DNA of 64,000 nt from an uncultured Gemmatimonadales bacterium (lineage in GTDB: Bacteria; Gemmatimonadota; Gemmatimonadetes; Gemmatimonadales; GWC2-71-9): NCBI GenBank assembly GCA_963742755.1, contig CAVUMU010000002.1:21430-85429 (forward strand). Reading direction: 5' to 3'. Below, one piece after another: positions 37,104 through 44,576 of the stretch. Numbering within the stretch: the stretch's first letter is position 1; each line of letters begins with the position of its first letter. The notes below the pieces were generated by a model. That model was not told where the DNA came from, searched no databases, and saw only the letters and a list, made by a program, of their open reading frames with translations. Position numbers and translations under genes: made by a program.

Positions 37104-38098
37104 GCTCCGCTCCTGGGGTTAGTGCCTGGCTCCTTCGCCGCGTCCTGCGCTTCCTTCTTCACCTTCTTCGCCGACTCCTTCACCTGCTCCTTGACCATCA
37201 TGCCGGCTTCCTGCACGGCCTGCTTGACCTCGGGAGCATGCTCACTGATCTCGGTTCGGACCGCTTCCTTGACCTCTCGCCCCGCTTCCGCAGCGGCATC
37301 CTTGACCCGCCCGGCGGTCTTCTCGGCTCGATCCATCAGCTGATCCCGAGCCGGGCCCATCATCTCGTTCTCCCGCTCCGTGCCCGGCAGGAGGAGTCCG
37401 AGTAAAAGGCCTGCGACCGTGGCCCCGATTGCCACAACCAGAGGATTTTCGGTGGCGGCGTGTTCCAGGTTGGTCTTGACCCGTTGGGTCTGACGGCGTG
37501 CCTGGCCGCCGAGCTCGCCCACCCGCTCCTGAGCCCGAGCCGTGAGCCCGCCGACGTCACTGGCCACCTCACCTGCGCGGCCCTTGATCCCGCTGGCTAC
37601 TTCGCTCACACTCTCCTTGACCCCGCTGACGGCTTCCCCCACCTGGCCCTTGATGCCGGAGCCGTGCTGCCAGTTTCCGCCCTGACGACGATCGGGTCCG
37701 GTATAGGCGTACCGCGCCATCCGGTCGCCCGAGATGTCGCTGTTGGAACGTTGGGTCAGCAGCCAGGTCACTCCGGCACCAAACGCGATGACGGGAAGTG
37801 GGTTCTCCCGGATTGCCTCTACCAGCCGGGAGCCGGTCCGACGGGCCTGCTCGCCCACATTGGAGACGGCATCCTGTGCTGCGTGACGGATGGCGCTCTT
37901 GGCCTCATGCTTCAGGTTGTCCGGGCTCAGCCGGTCGCCCAGCTCGTCGATGTTGTTGCTCATCCGGGCGCGAGTCTCTTCGATCTCGCGCTCGATATCT
38001 TCAGGGCTCTTCTCGCTCCGCGACCCGGCGCCGGAATCAAAGTCCTGGCCTGCCGGCTCGTAAGCGAGCCCGGGATTCTGTCTCTCGTACTCGCTCAT
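37100..38098 (-). CDS. DUF3618-type protein with a central TM and a helical repeat tail
   Basis: 'PEDIEREIEETRARMSNNIDELGDRLSP'. The start 'MSEYERQ' at ATG 38098 is in an ATGA overlap with the Holin-X stop. Confidence 0.7.
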   Translation of the reverse strand: MSEYERQNPGLAYEPAGQDFDSGAGSRSEKSPEDIEREIEETRARMSNNIDELGDRLSPDNLKHEAKSAIRHAAQDAVSNVGEQARRTGSRLVEAIRENPLPVIAFGAGVTWLLTQRSNSDISGDRMARYAYTGPDRRQGGNWQHGSGIKGQVGEAVSGVKESVSEVASGIKGRAGEVASDVGGLTARAQERVGELGGQARRQTQRVKTNLEHAATENPLVVAIGATVAGLLLGLLLPGTERENEMMGPARDQLMDRAEKTAGRVKDAAAEAGREVKEAVRTEISEHAPEVKQAVQEAGMMVKEQVKESAKKVKKEAQDAAKEPGTNPRSGA

Positions 38099-38493
38099 GA
38101 CCGTTGCTCCTTCGCCCACTGGACGTCGTCTTTAAGGGTTTCGACCGTTCGGCGGGGGGCGAGGTCCACCCGCTTCAATTCCTTCAAGCCGCGGTTGAGC
38201 ATCGCATAACCTGCTCCCGCGAAGATGGCACCCACGATCAGCGCCGAGACCCAGGGCGAGATATCCGCGGCTTCATGGAGTCCCAGGATCAGCGCCGCCA
38301 CGAGCGCCAGTGCACCTACATATGCCACAAACCCGCCCGCCACCACTGATACCAGGTTGCTGGTCACGTTGGAGATCTTCTCGCTCATTTCGGCGCGGGC
38401 CAGCCGGAGCTCTTGCCTGAAAAGCAGGGTCATGTCCTGGCTGAGTTGGCCGAACAGCTCGCCGATGCTTCTATCCTCCTTAAGCGCCGGCAT
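38095..38493 (-). CDS. 'Phage holin family' (Holin-X / DUF1469-like) two-TM membrane protein
   Basis: 'LFRQELRLARAEMSEK' followed by two TM helices. ATG 38493 overlaps the upstream gene by 14 nt. Confidence 0.7.
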   Translation of the reverse strand: MPALKEDRSIGELFGQLSQDMTLLFRQELRLARAEMSEKISNVTSNLVSVVAGGFVAYVGALALVAALILGLHEAADISPWVSALIVGAIFAGAGYAMLNRGLKELKRVDLAPRRTVETLKDDVQWAKEQRS

Positions 38494-39022
38494 ATCCGCC
38501 CCCCTGATACCCGCGCTCAGTACCTGGCAGTGGGTTATAGCCGCCATTGGCGAACCGCCCGCTGCCGTAATTATCCGAGCCGCGGGCCGGCCCCCGCTTC
38601 GAGCTCTTCAGGAAGCGCGCGCCGATCAACCCAAGCACTAACGCCCCGCCGATCATGATGGCCGGCTGCCGCCGGGCCAGATTCTCCAGGTCGGCTTTCA
38701 TCGCACTGGCGTCCTTGTTCCGCAGGTAGTTGGCTACCTGATCGATTTGCCGGGCAACAGTATCGGTCAGCCCGGCGATCCTCGGCTGATCCTCGGACCG
38801 GAGGTGCTCGGTCGTCCGCCGGAGCGCCTGGGCGATGGTGCCGAACTGATCGGCCACCTGCCCCTTGCTTTCCCCCAGGCTGGAGCTGGCCCTGTCCCGG
38901 GCCTGCTGGAGGGTGTTTTTCGCCTGCCCCACCACCTGATCCTTGACCTCGCGGATCTGTTCCCGGGCGGTGCCGCTTTCCCCATTACGGGAGCCGGGGG
39001 CTTCAGTATTTGGCATCGTCAT
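38480..39022 (-). CDS. Hypothetical stress-operon protein (helical, one C-terminal TM, G/Y-rich tail)
   Basis: The ATG at 39022 lies 7 nt after AAGGAG (39035-39030). 'RRQPAIMIGGALVLGLIGARFL' is a TM helix. Confidence 0.6.
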   Translation of the reverse strand: MTMPNTEAPGSRNGESGTAREQIREVKDQVVGQAKNTLQQARDRASSSLGESKGQVADQFGTIAQALRRTTEHLRSEDQPRIAGLTDTVARQIDQVANYLRNKDASAMKADLENLARRQPAIMIGGALVLGLIGARFLKSSKRGPARGSDNYGSGRFANGGYNPLPGTERGYQGGGYAGA

Positions 39023-39185
39023 CGTGGTGCTCCTTATGCTGACCATCCGCCGCTAGACCTGGTTTGTGGCGATCGGAGGGATCTCTGGATTAGGTGAACT
39101 CATTGCTTCGGCGCAACCACAAAAGGCACTCCACGGGTCATGACCGCAGTGTCCCATATCACGTAAAACATCTCAGTAACCTGGC

Positions 39186-39221
39186 TGAAAAGCAGAAGCC
39201 CGGGACGTGACGCCCCGGGCT
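39186..39221 (-). terminator. Rho-independent terminator after the small W-rich gene
   Basis: The minus strand reads agcccggg-gcgtcacgt-cccgggct followed by tctgcttttc. Confidence 0.6.
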
Positions 39222-39258
39222 CCGCAAGCTTTTTGCTTCCCGCTATCCCACCTGTTGG

Positions 39259-39579
39259 CTAGAACCGATTGGATGAGGACTCGCTCATTCTGCTGGTGTC
39301 GAGGTCTGGGTGGCCGGTAATGCGATGCCAGGCATCCCTGACCGCATCCTTGACGTTTTCCCACGTGTTCTTGCCCCGGCCCTCGAACTTGTCCCAGCCG
39401 GTCTTCAAGTCGGACTCCACATCATCCCACTTGCGACCCATGTGGTGCTGGCCGGCCTCGAAACCGTACAGATAGCCGGGCCGAAAATCTTCATATTTGC
39501 GGCCTGTGGCATACGGCCTCGAGTTGAAGTTGTCGCGCCACCAGCTGTCTTCGTCGTTCCAGGTTCTGTTTGTGGCCAT
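39259..39579 (-). CDS. Small Trp/Asp-rich hypothetical protein
   Basis: ATG 39579 is preceded by GGAGG (39589-39585). Sequence 'MATNRTWNDEDSWWRDNF...GWDKFEGRGKNTWENVKDAVRDAW'. Confidence 0.6.
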   Translation of the reverse strand: MATNRTWNDEDSWWRDNFNSRPYATGRKYEDFRPGYLYGFEAGQHHMGRKWDDVESDLKTGWDKFEGRGKNTWENVKDAVRDAWHRITGHPDLDTSRMSESSSNRF

Positions 39580-39660
39580 TATATCCTCCGTTTTTCGGTA
39601 TTTCGACATCAACGGACGGACATGTTAGCCCCCTGGGCCCCGGTCCGGTCGTGACCGAGG

Positions 39661-40383
39661 TCACTTTGGGGAGGTTTTGGTGAGGATCGCCCCCATCTCA
39701 CCTGCGGCGGCAGGGCCGGTGGGGCTTCCGTCCTCGTGCTTGAGAAATACATACGCCTCGCTCCAGGGGTTGTCCCGGATAGTCCGAGACCAGCTCTCGA
39801 GAGCGGCCTGGTCGTAGGCGGACCGCCGCAGTCGGAGGTAGCCCCAGGACGCGGTAGCCACCAGGGGGGAGGCGCCACCCTCGGCCTCGTCCGCGTCGAC
39901 CGCTACCAGCGCAACGTCCCTCGCCCGAAGCAGATCGTACACCTCCTCGGTGAACCAGGAGGCGTGGCGGAACTCCATGGCGGCAGGCCATCGCCGGGGC
40001 AGCCGCTCCAGAAAGCCGCGGAGCCGGTCGAGGTCTTTCTTGAAGGTGGGTGGGAGCTGAAACAAGGTGGGGCCGAGCCGGTCTCCAAGCGGGTTCACCG
40101 CTCGCAGGAAGTAATCCAGCGAGCCATCATCGTCGGCGAGTCGGTGGTTGTGGGTGATTCGGCGCGACGCTTTGAGGACAAACCGGAATGTCGGGGGGAC
40201 CTGCTCGGCCCACGTCGCCAGGACCCGCTCGGCCGGGATCCGATAGAAGGAATTGTTCACTTCCACGGCAGGGAAATGGCCCGCGTAGAAGCGGAGCATC
40301 TCCTCGGCCGGCAGCTTCGGCGGATAGAAGCTGCCTTTCCATTCCTTGTAGGACCAGCCACTGGTGCCGACGAGGATGTCCAT
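39661..40383 (-). CDS. DUF72 (YecE-like) TIM-barrel protein
   Basis: 'MDILVGTSGWSYKEWKGSFYP' and 'FPAVEVNNSFYRIP'. It starts 19 nt after the ku stop. Confidence 0.9.
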   Translation of the reverse strand: MDILVGTSGWSYKEWKGSFYPPKLPAEEMLRFYAGHFPAVEVNNSFYRIPAERVLATWAEQVPPTFRFVLKASRRITHNHRLADDDGSLDYFLRAVNPLGDRLGPTLFQLPPTFKKDLDRLRGFLERLPRRWPAAMEFRHASWFTEEVYDLLRARDVALVAVDADEAEGGASPLVATASWGYLRLRRSAYDQAALESWSRTIRDNPWSEAYVFLKHEDGSPTGPAAAGEMGAILTKTSPK

Positions 40384-40402
40384 AGCAGCTACGGTCCCCA
40401 GC

Positions 40403-41260
40403 TCACCTCCGCCCCCCCGCCTTCCGCTTTTTGGGCGCGGGCTCCTCTTCCTCCGCCTCGTCCGAGGCCTGCTTCTTCTCGGCGCTCCCACCCCGCTTGG
40501 CCAGGCTCGCCTTCAGGGCGTCCATGAGGTCGATGATCTTGGTCTCGGCCGGGGCCTCCTCCGCGGTGATCTCCTGGCCCTCGACCTTCTGCTGAATCGC
40601 ATCGAGGACCCGCTCTCGAACGGTGTCGCGGTAATTCTCCGGGTGGAACTCGTCGGTGGACGACTGCTCGATCAGCTGCTTGGCGAGCGCCAGCTCGGCC
40701 TCCTTGACCGGCGTGTCGGGGTGCGGGACGTCCGCCGCCGATCGAAGATCCGGCTGGTAATGGAGCTGCTCCATGACGAGGACCCCATCCAGGGGACGCA
40801 CCAGCACCAGGTACTGCTTACCTCGCGCCGAATACTGCCCCAGCGCGGCCCGGCCGGTGGTCTTCAACGCCTCGCCCAGCAAGCGGTAGGCGCGATCGCC
40901 GCCCTTGTCGGGCCCCAGGTAGTAGACCTTCTCCAGATAGATCCGATCGACCGCGGAGAGCGGCACGAACTCGGCAATATCAATCGAGTTGGTGGCCTTC
41001 TCGTCCAGCGCCTTGATCTCTTCAGGGGAGAAGGTCACGTACTGGCCCTTGGAGAACTCATAGCCCTTGGCGACGTCGTCTTTCTCGACGACGACGTCTT
41101 CCTTGGGGCAGATGTACTGCTGCTTCAGCCGGGTACCGCACTTCTTGTGCAGCATGTTGAAGCTGACATTGGCGGAAGACTCGCTGGCCGAGTAGAGGCT
41201 GACCGGGACCGAGACAAGCCCGAAGGAGATATTGGCGGACGCAATTGGTCTTGGAGGCAT
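40403..41260 (-). CDS. ku: Ku protein (non-homologous end joining)
   Basis: 'ISFGLVSVPVSLYSA', 'KGYEFSKGQYV' and a basic C-terminal tail. The ATG at 41260 is preferred over TTG 41269. Confidence 0.95.
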   Translation of the reverse strand: MPPRPIASANISFGLVSVPVSLYSASESSANVSFNMLHKKCGTRLKQQYICPKEDVVVEKDDVAKGYEFSKGQYVTFSPEEIKALDEKATNSIDIAEFVPLSAVDRIYLEKVYYLGPDKGGDRAYRLLGEALKTTGRAALGQYSARGKQYLVLVRPLDGVLVMEQLHYQPDLRSAADVPHPDTPVKEAELALAKQLIEQSSTDEFHPENYRDTVRERVLDAIQQKVEGQEITAEEAPAETKIIDLMDALKASLAKRGGSAEKKQASDEAEEEEPAPKKRKAGGRR

Positions 41261-41331
41261 AGGTGACAATATCGCAGCGAAACTGAGCCCGCAAGGAGAA
41301 AATCGGGAAGTGATTGTAAATTCCTATCTCA

Positions 41332-43899
41332 ATGCCTCCCTCCAAGCCTGATCCGCTCGCCCCCTACCGCGCCAAGCGCTCCATCGAGCGCACCCCGGAG
41401 CCGTCCGGCTCCCGTGCACCGGTCCCTTTGGAAGAGCAGGGCGGGCTGTTCGTGGTTCACAAGCACGCCGCCCGGCGCCTGCACTTCGATCTCCGGCTCG
41501 AAATGGACGGCGTGCTTCGGTCCTGGGCGGTGCCGAAAGGGCCGTCCTACGATATGGCGGACAAGCGACTCGCCGTCATGGTCGAGGATCATCCCTTGGA
41601 GTATGGCGACTTCGAGGGCCTGATCCCGGAAGGCAACTATGGCGCGGGCGCCGTTATCGTCTGGGACCGGGGCCGCTGGGTGCCGGTCGAGGATCCGGTG
41701 GCCGGGCTGGCCAAGGGCAAACTCCTCTTCGAGCTGCGAGGCCTGAAGCTCCACGGGTTGTGGACCCTGGTGAAGCTCAAGAAGGGCGAGAAGGACTGGC
41801 TCCTGATCAAGGAGCGCGACGCGTATGAGTCCGCCTCCGGGCCGCTGCCACCCGAGCAGTCGGTCCTGTCCGGACTCACGGTGGAGGATCTCAAGGCTGG
41901 CCGGACCCCGGCCGGCGATATCCGGGCGGTCCTGGAACGGCTCGGAGCACCCAAGAGGGAGGTCCGTGGCGACACCGCACCGTTGATGCTGGCCGAGACC
42001 CGGGACGAACCCTTTTCCGATCCCGCGTGGCTCTTCGAGCTGAAGCTCGATGGATACCGGCTGCTCGCGTCACGCGGCAGTGGACCGCCCCGTCTCTTCT
42101 CCCGGAATGGCAACGACCTGGCCTCGTCTTTCCCGGAGGTGAGTCGCGCCGTGGGCGCGCTGCCACTGGGCCGGGTGCTGCTGGACGGGGAAGTGGTGGC
42201 GCTGGATGAGTCGGGGCGTCCCAGCTTTCAGCGGCTGCAGCAGCGGGCCAAGCTCACCCGGCCAATCGATATCCGCCGGGCGGCGGTCGAGAACCCGGTG
42301 ACGTTCTTTGCCTTCGACCTCCTGGCCGCCGAGGATTTCGACGTGCGCGCGCTGCCACTGGTGACCCGAAAGGAGCTTCTCCGAAAGCTGCTGCCGCCGG
42401 CGGGTCTCATCCGTTTCCTGGATCACTTCGAGGGCGAGGGCGAGATCCTCTACCAGCAGGTCCGGAAGCTCGGGCTCGAAGGGATCGTGGCCAAGCGCGC
42501 CGACTCTACCTACCGGGCTGGTCGGTCGGCTTCATGGATCAAGGTCCGGACCCGCCGCTCGGATGATTTCGTGGTGGTGGGATTCTCGGCTCCCAGGGGC
42601 GGGCGCACCGGCTTCGGGGGTCTGCAATTGGCCCAGTATGTCAATGGGGAGCTCACGTATTCCGGCAGAGCAGGCAGCGGATTCAACGAGACCCAGCTCA
42701 CCGAGGTGCGGGCAACGCTCGACGAGATACGACGCCCCGAGCCGGCGTGCGGGGGGCCGATCCCAAAAGAGAAGGGGATCACCTGGACCGAGCCGCTGCT
42801 GGTGTGCGAGGTGGAGTTCAGCGAATGGACCGAGGAGGCACTGCTGCGGCAGCCGGTGTTCCTGCGGTTTCGGGATGACAAGCGGCCGGAGGAATGCGTG
42901 CGGGCGGCGGGGGGGCGGGGCCGCGGGGCAGAGATAGAGGAGATTCCGACCGAAGACGCATCAAGTGATCCGGTCGTCACGGAGCGACCGCTCCGCCGCC
43001 CCGCTGCCTCACCTCAGATTCAGTTCACCAACCTCGACAAGATTTTCTGGCCGGACGATGGCTACACTAAGGGCGACCTGATCGAGTACTACCGCGCCAT
43101 CGGTCCCTGGATTCTGCCCTATCTGGCTGACCGGCCCGTGGTACTCACCCGATATCCCGATGGCGTCAACGGAAAGTCATTCTTTCAGAAGGATGCCCCG
43201 GGTTTCGTGCCTGATTGGATCCGGACCGAGCGGATGTGGAGCGAGCAGGCGGAGCGGGAGATTGATTACTTCGTCTGCGATGACGAGGCCGGGCTGGTGT
43301 ACCTGGCCAACCTTGGAACCATACCGCTCCATATATGGGGGAGCAGGACCTCGGTCATCGACCGGCCCGACTGGTGCGTGCTGGATCTGGATCCCAAGGA
43401 GGCACCGTTCAGCGATGTGGTTCGGGTTGCGGAGGCCGCCCACGCGCTCTGCGAAGAGATCGGCCTCCCCAACTTTGTGAAGACGAGCGGCTCATCCGGT
43501 CTCCACGTGATGGTGCCTCTCGGTGGTTTGTGCAGCTACGAGGAAACCCGCAGTCTCGGTGAGCTCCTCGCCCGAGTGATTGTGGCCGAGCTACCCGAGA
43601 TCACCACCCTTACTCGCCAGGTCTCCCGTCGACGCGGAAAGGTGTACATCGACTATCTGCAGAATGGTGCCGGGCGACTTCTGGTGTCGCCATTCAGCGT
43701 GCGGGCTCTGGCCGGGGCTCCGGTGTCGATGCCGCTGCGGTGGAACGAGGTCACCTTGAAGCTGGACATCCGGAGTTACACTATCGAGAACGCCGTGGCA
43801 CGCATGAAGCTGGAGGGGGACCCCCTGAGTGCTGTGCTAACGACGACGCCGGACCTGGCGGACGCACTGGAGCGGCTCACCCGGCGGGGCGAGTCGTGA
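41332..43899 (+). CDS. ligD: Multidomain DNA ligase D (3'-phosphoesterase, ligase, primase-polymerase)
   Basis: Phosphoesterase domain 'FVVHKHAARRLHFDLRLE...WAVPKGPS'. Ligase motif I 'ELKLDGYR'. Polymerase domain 'NLDKIFWPDDGYTKGDLIEYY...VLTRYPDG...HVMVPL'. Confidence 0.95.
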   Translation: MPPSKPDPLAPYRAKRSIERTPEPSGSRAPVPLEEQGGLFVVHKHAARRLHFDLRLEMDGVLRSWAVPKGPSYDMADKRLAVMVEDHPLEYGDFEGLIPEGNYGAGAVIVWDRGRWVPVEDPVAGLAKGKLLFELRGLKLHGLWTLVKLKKGEKDWLLIKERDAYESASGPLPPEQSVLSGLTVEDLKAGRTPAGDIRAVLERLGAPKREVRGDTAPLMLAETRDEPFSDPAWLFELKLDGYRLLASRGSGPPRLFSRNGNDLASSFPEVSRAVGALPLGRVLLDGEVVALDESGRPSFQRLQQRAKLTRPIDIRRAAVENPVTFFAFDLLAAEDFDVRALPLVTRKELLRKLLPPAGLIRFLDHFEGEGEILYQQVRKLGLEGIVAKRADSTYRAGRSASWIKVRTRRSDDFVVVGFSAPRGGRTGFGGLQLAQYVNGELTYSGRAGSGFNETQLTEVRATLDEIRRPEPACGGPIPKEKGITWTEPLLVCEVEFSEWTEEALLRQPVFLRFRDDKRPEECVRAAGGRGRGAEIEEIPTEDASSDPVVTERPLRRPAASPQIQFTNLDKIFWPDDGYTKGDLIEYYRAIGPWILPYLADRPVVLTRYPDGVNGKSFFQKDAPGFVPDWIRTERMWSEQAEREIDYFVCDDEAGLVYLANLGTIPLHIWGSRTSVIDRPDWCVLDLDPKEAPFSDVVRVAEAAHALCEEIGLPNFVKTSGSSGLHVMVPLGGLCSYEETRSLGELLARVIVAELPEITTLTRQVSRRRGKVYIDYLQNGAGRLLVSPFSVRALAGAPVSMPLRWNEVTLKLDIRSYTIENAVARMKLEGDPLSAVLTTTPDLADALERLTRRGES

Positions 43900-44576
43900 C
43901 AGACATCAAAGTGGATCTGGGTGATCTCGGAATGGTCTCCGCCCTCCTCGAGCGTCCCCCCCACGCCTGGCTGCTCTACGTTCTCGCCCACGGTGCCGGC
44001 GCCGGAGCGCGTCACAGCTTTCTCGAGTCGATCTCGGCGGCGCTCGCCGTCCGAGGCGTGGCTACCATGCGATACCAGTTCCCCTACATGGAAGCGGGAG
44101 GTCGCCGCCCTGATTCTCCAGCAGTCGCGGAAGCGACCGTCCGTGCTGCGGTGGCCCGCGCGGCGAGTGAGGCAGCCGATCTGCCATTGATCGCCGGCGG
44201 AAAGTCGTTCGGTGGCCGGATGACCTCCGGAGCGGCCGCGAGCTCCCTGCCCGGAGTGCGGGGACTGGCCTTTCTGGGCTTCCCCCTTCATCCGCCGGGC
44301 CGCCCCGGAACCCGTCGCGCTGATCACCTCGTCCGGGTCGAGCTGCCCATGCTCTTTCTTCAGGGTACCCGCGACCAGTTTGCTCAGACCGATCTGATCA
44401 CCGGCGTGTGCCAACGCCTGGGCAGCCGCGCCACGCTGCACCCGATAGAAGGAGGCGACCACTCCTTCGGTGTGTCCAAGGGCTCGGGACGCACGCCCGC
44501 ACAGGTCCTCAACGAGCTGGCCGACGCGCTGGTCCAATGGGCCCGATCCCGTGTTCTCGGCCAGGCCCGCCAGTGA
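43896..44576 (+). CDS. Alpha/beta hydrolase (KANL3/Tex30-like serine hydrolase)
   Basis: The GTG start overlaps the ligD stop (GTGA 43896-43899). 'AHGAGAG' and the nucleophile elbow 'GGKSFGG' are present. 'GGDHSF' looks like the catalytic His context. Confidence 0.7.
   Translation: MTDIKVDLGDLGMVSALLERPPHAWLLYVLAHGAGAGARHSFLESISAALAVRGVATMRYQFPYMEAGGRRPDSPAVAEATVRAAVARAASEAADLPLIAGGKSFGGRMTSGAAASSLPGVRGLAFLGFPLHPPGRPGTRRADHLVRVELPMLFLQGTRDQFAQTDLITGVCQRLGSRATLHPIEGGDHSFGVSKGSGRTPAQVLNELADALVQWARSRVLGQARQ

Noticed and set aside
38095-38493. The 'phage holin family' gene as evidence for a prophage or lysis cassette.
   Set aside because: No endolysin, spanin, capsid, tail or integrase genes are nearby. 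The gene is overlap-coupled to DUF3618 and DUF892 stress proteins, a chromosomal stress-operon context.
39047-39185. A general-stress (sigma-B-like GTTT...GGGTA) promoter upstream of the stress operon ('gttttacgtgatatgggaca' on the minus strand).
   Set aside because: The spacing between the GTTT and GGGA elements is only about 8 nt, which is too short for known sigma-B/F-type promoters. It is not supported without transcription start data.
43740-44572. Upstream-extended starts of the hydrolase (43740) and helicase (44408) ORFs.
   Set aside because: The extensions overlap the preceding genes in another frame and have implausible composition. GTG starts in GTGA overlaps give sensible N-termini ('VTDIKVDLG...' and '[15 protein letters not shown]...').
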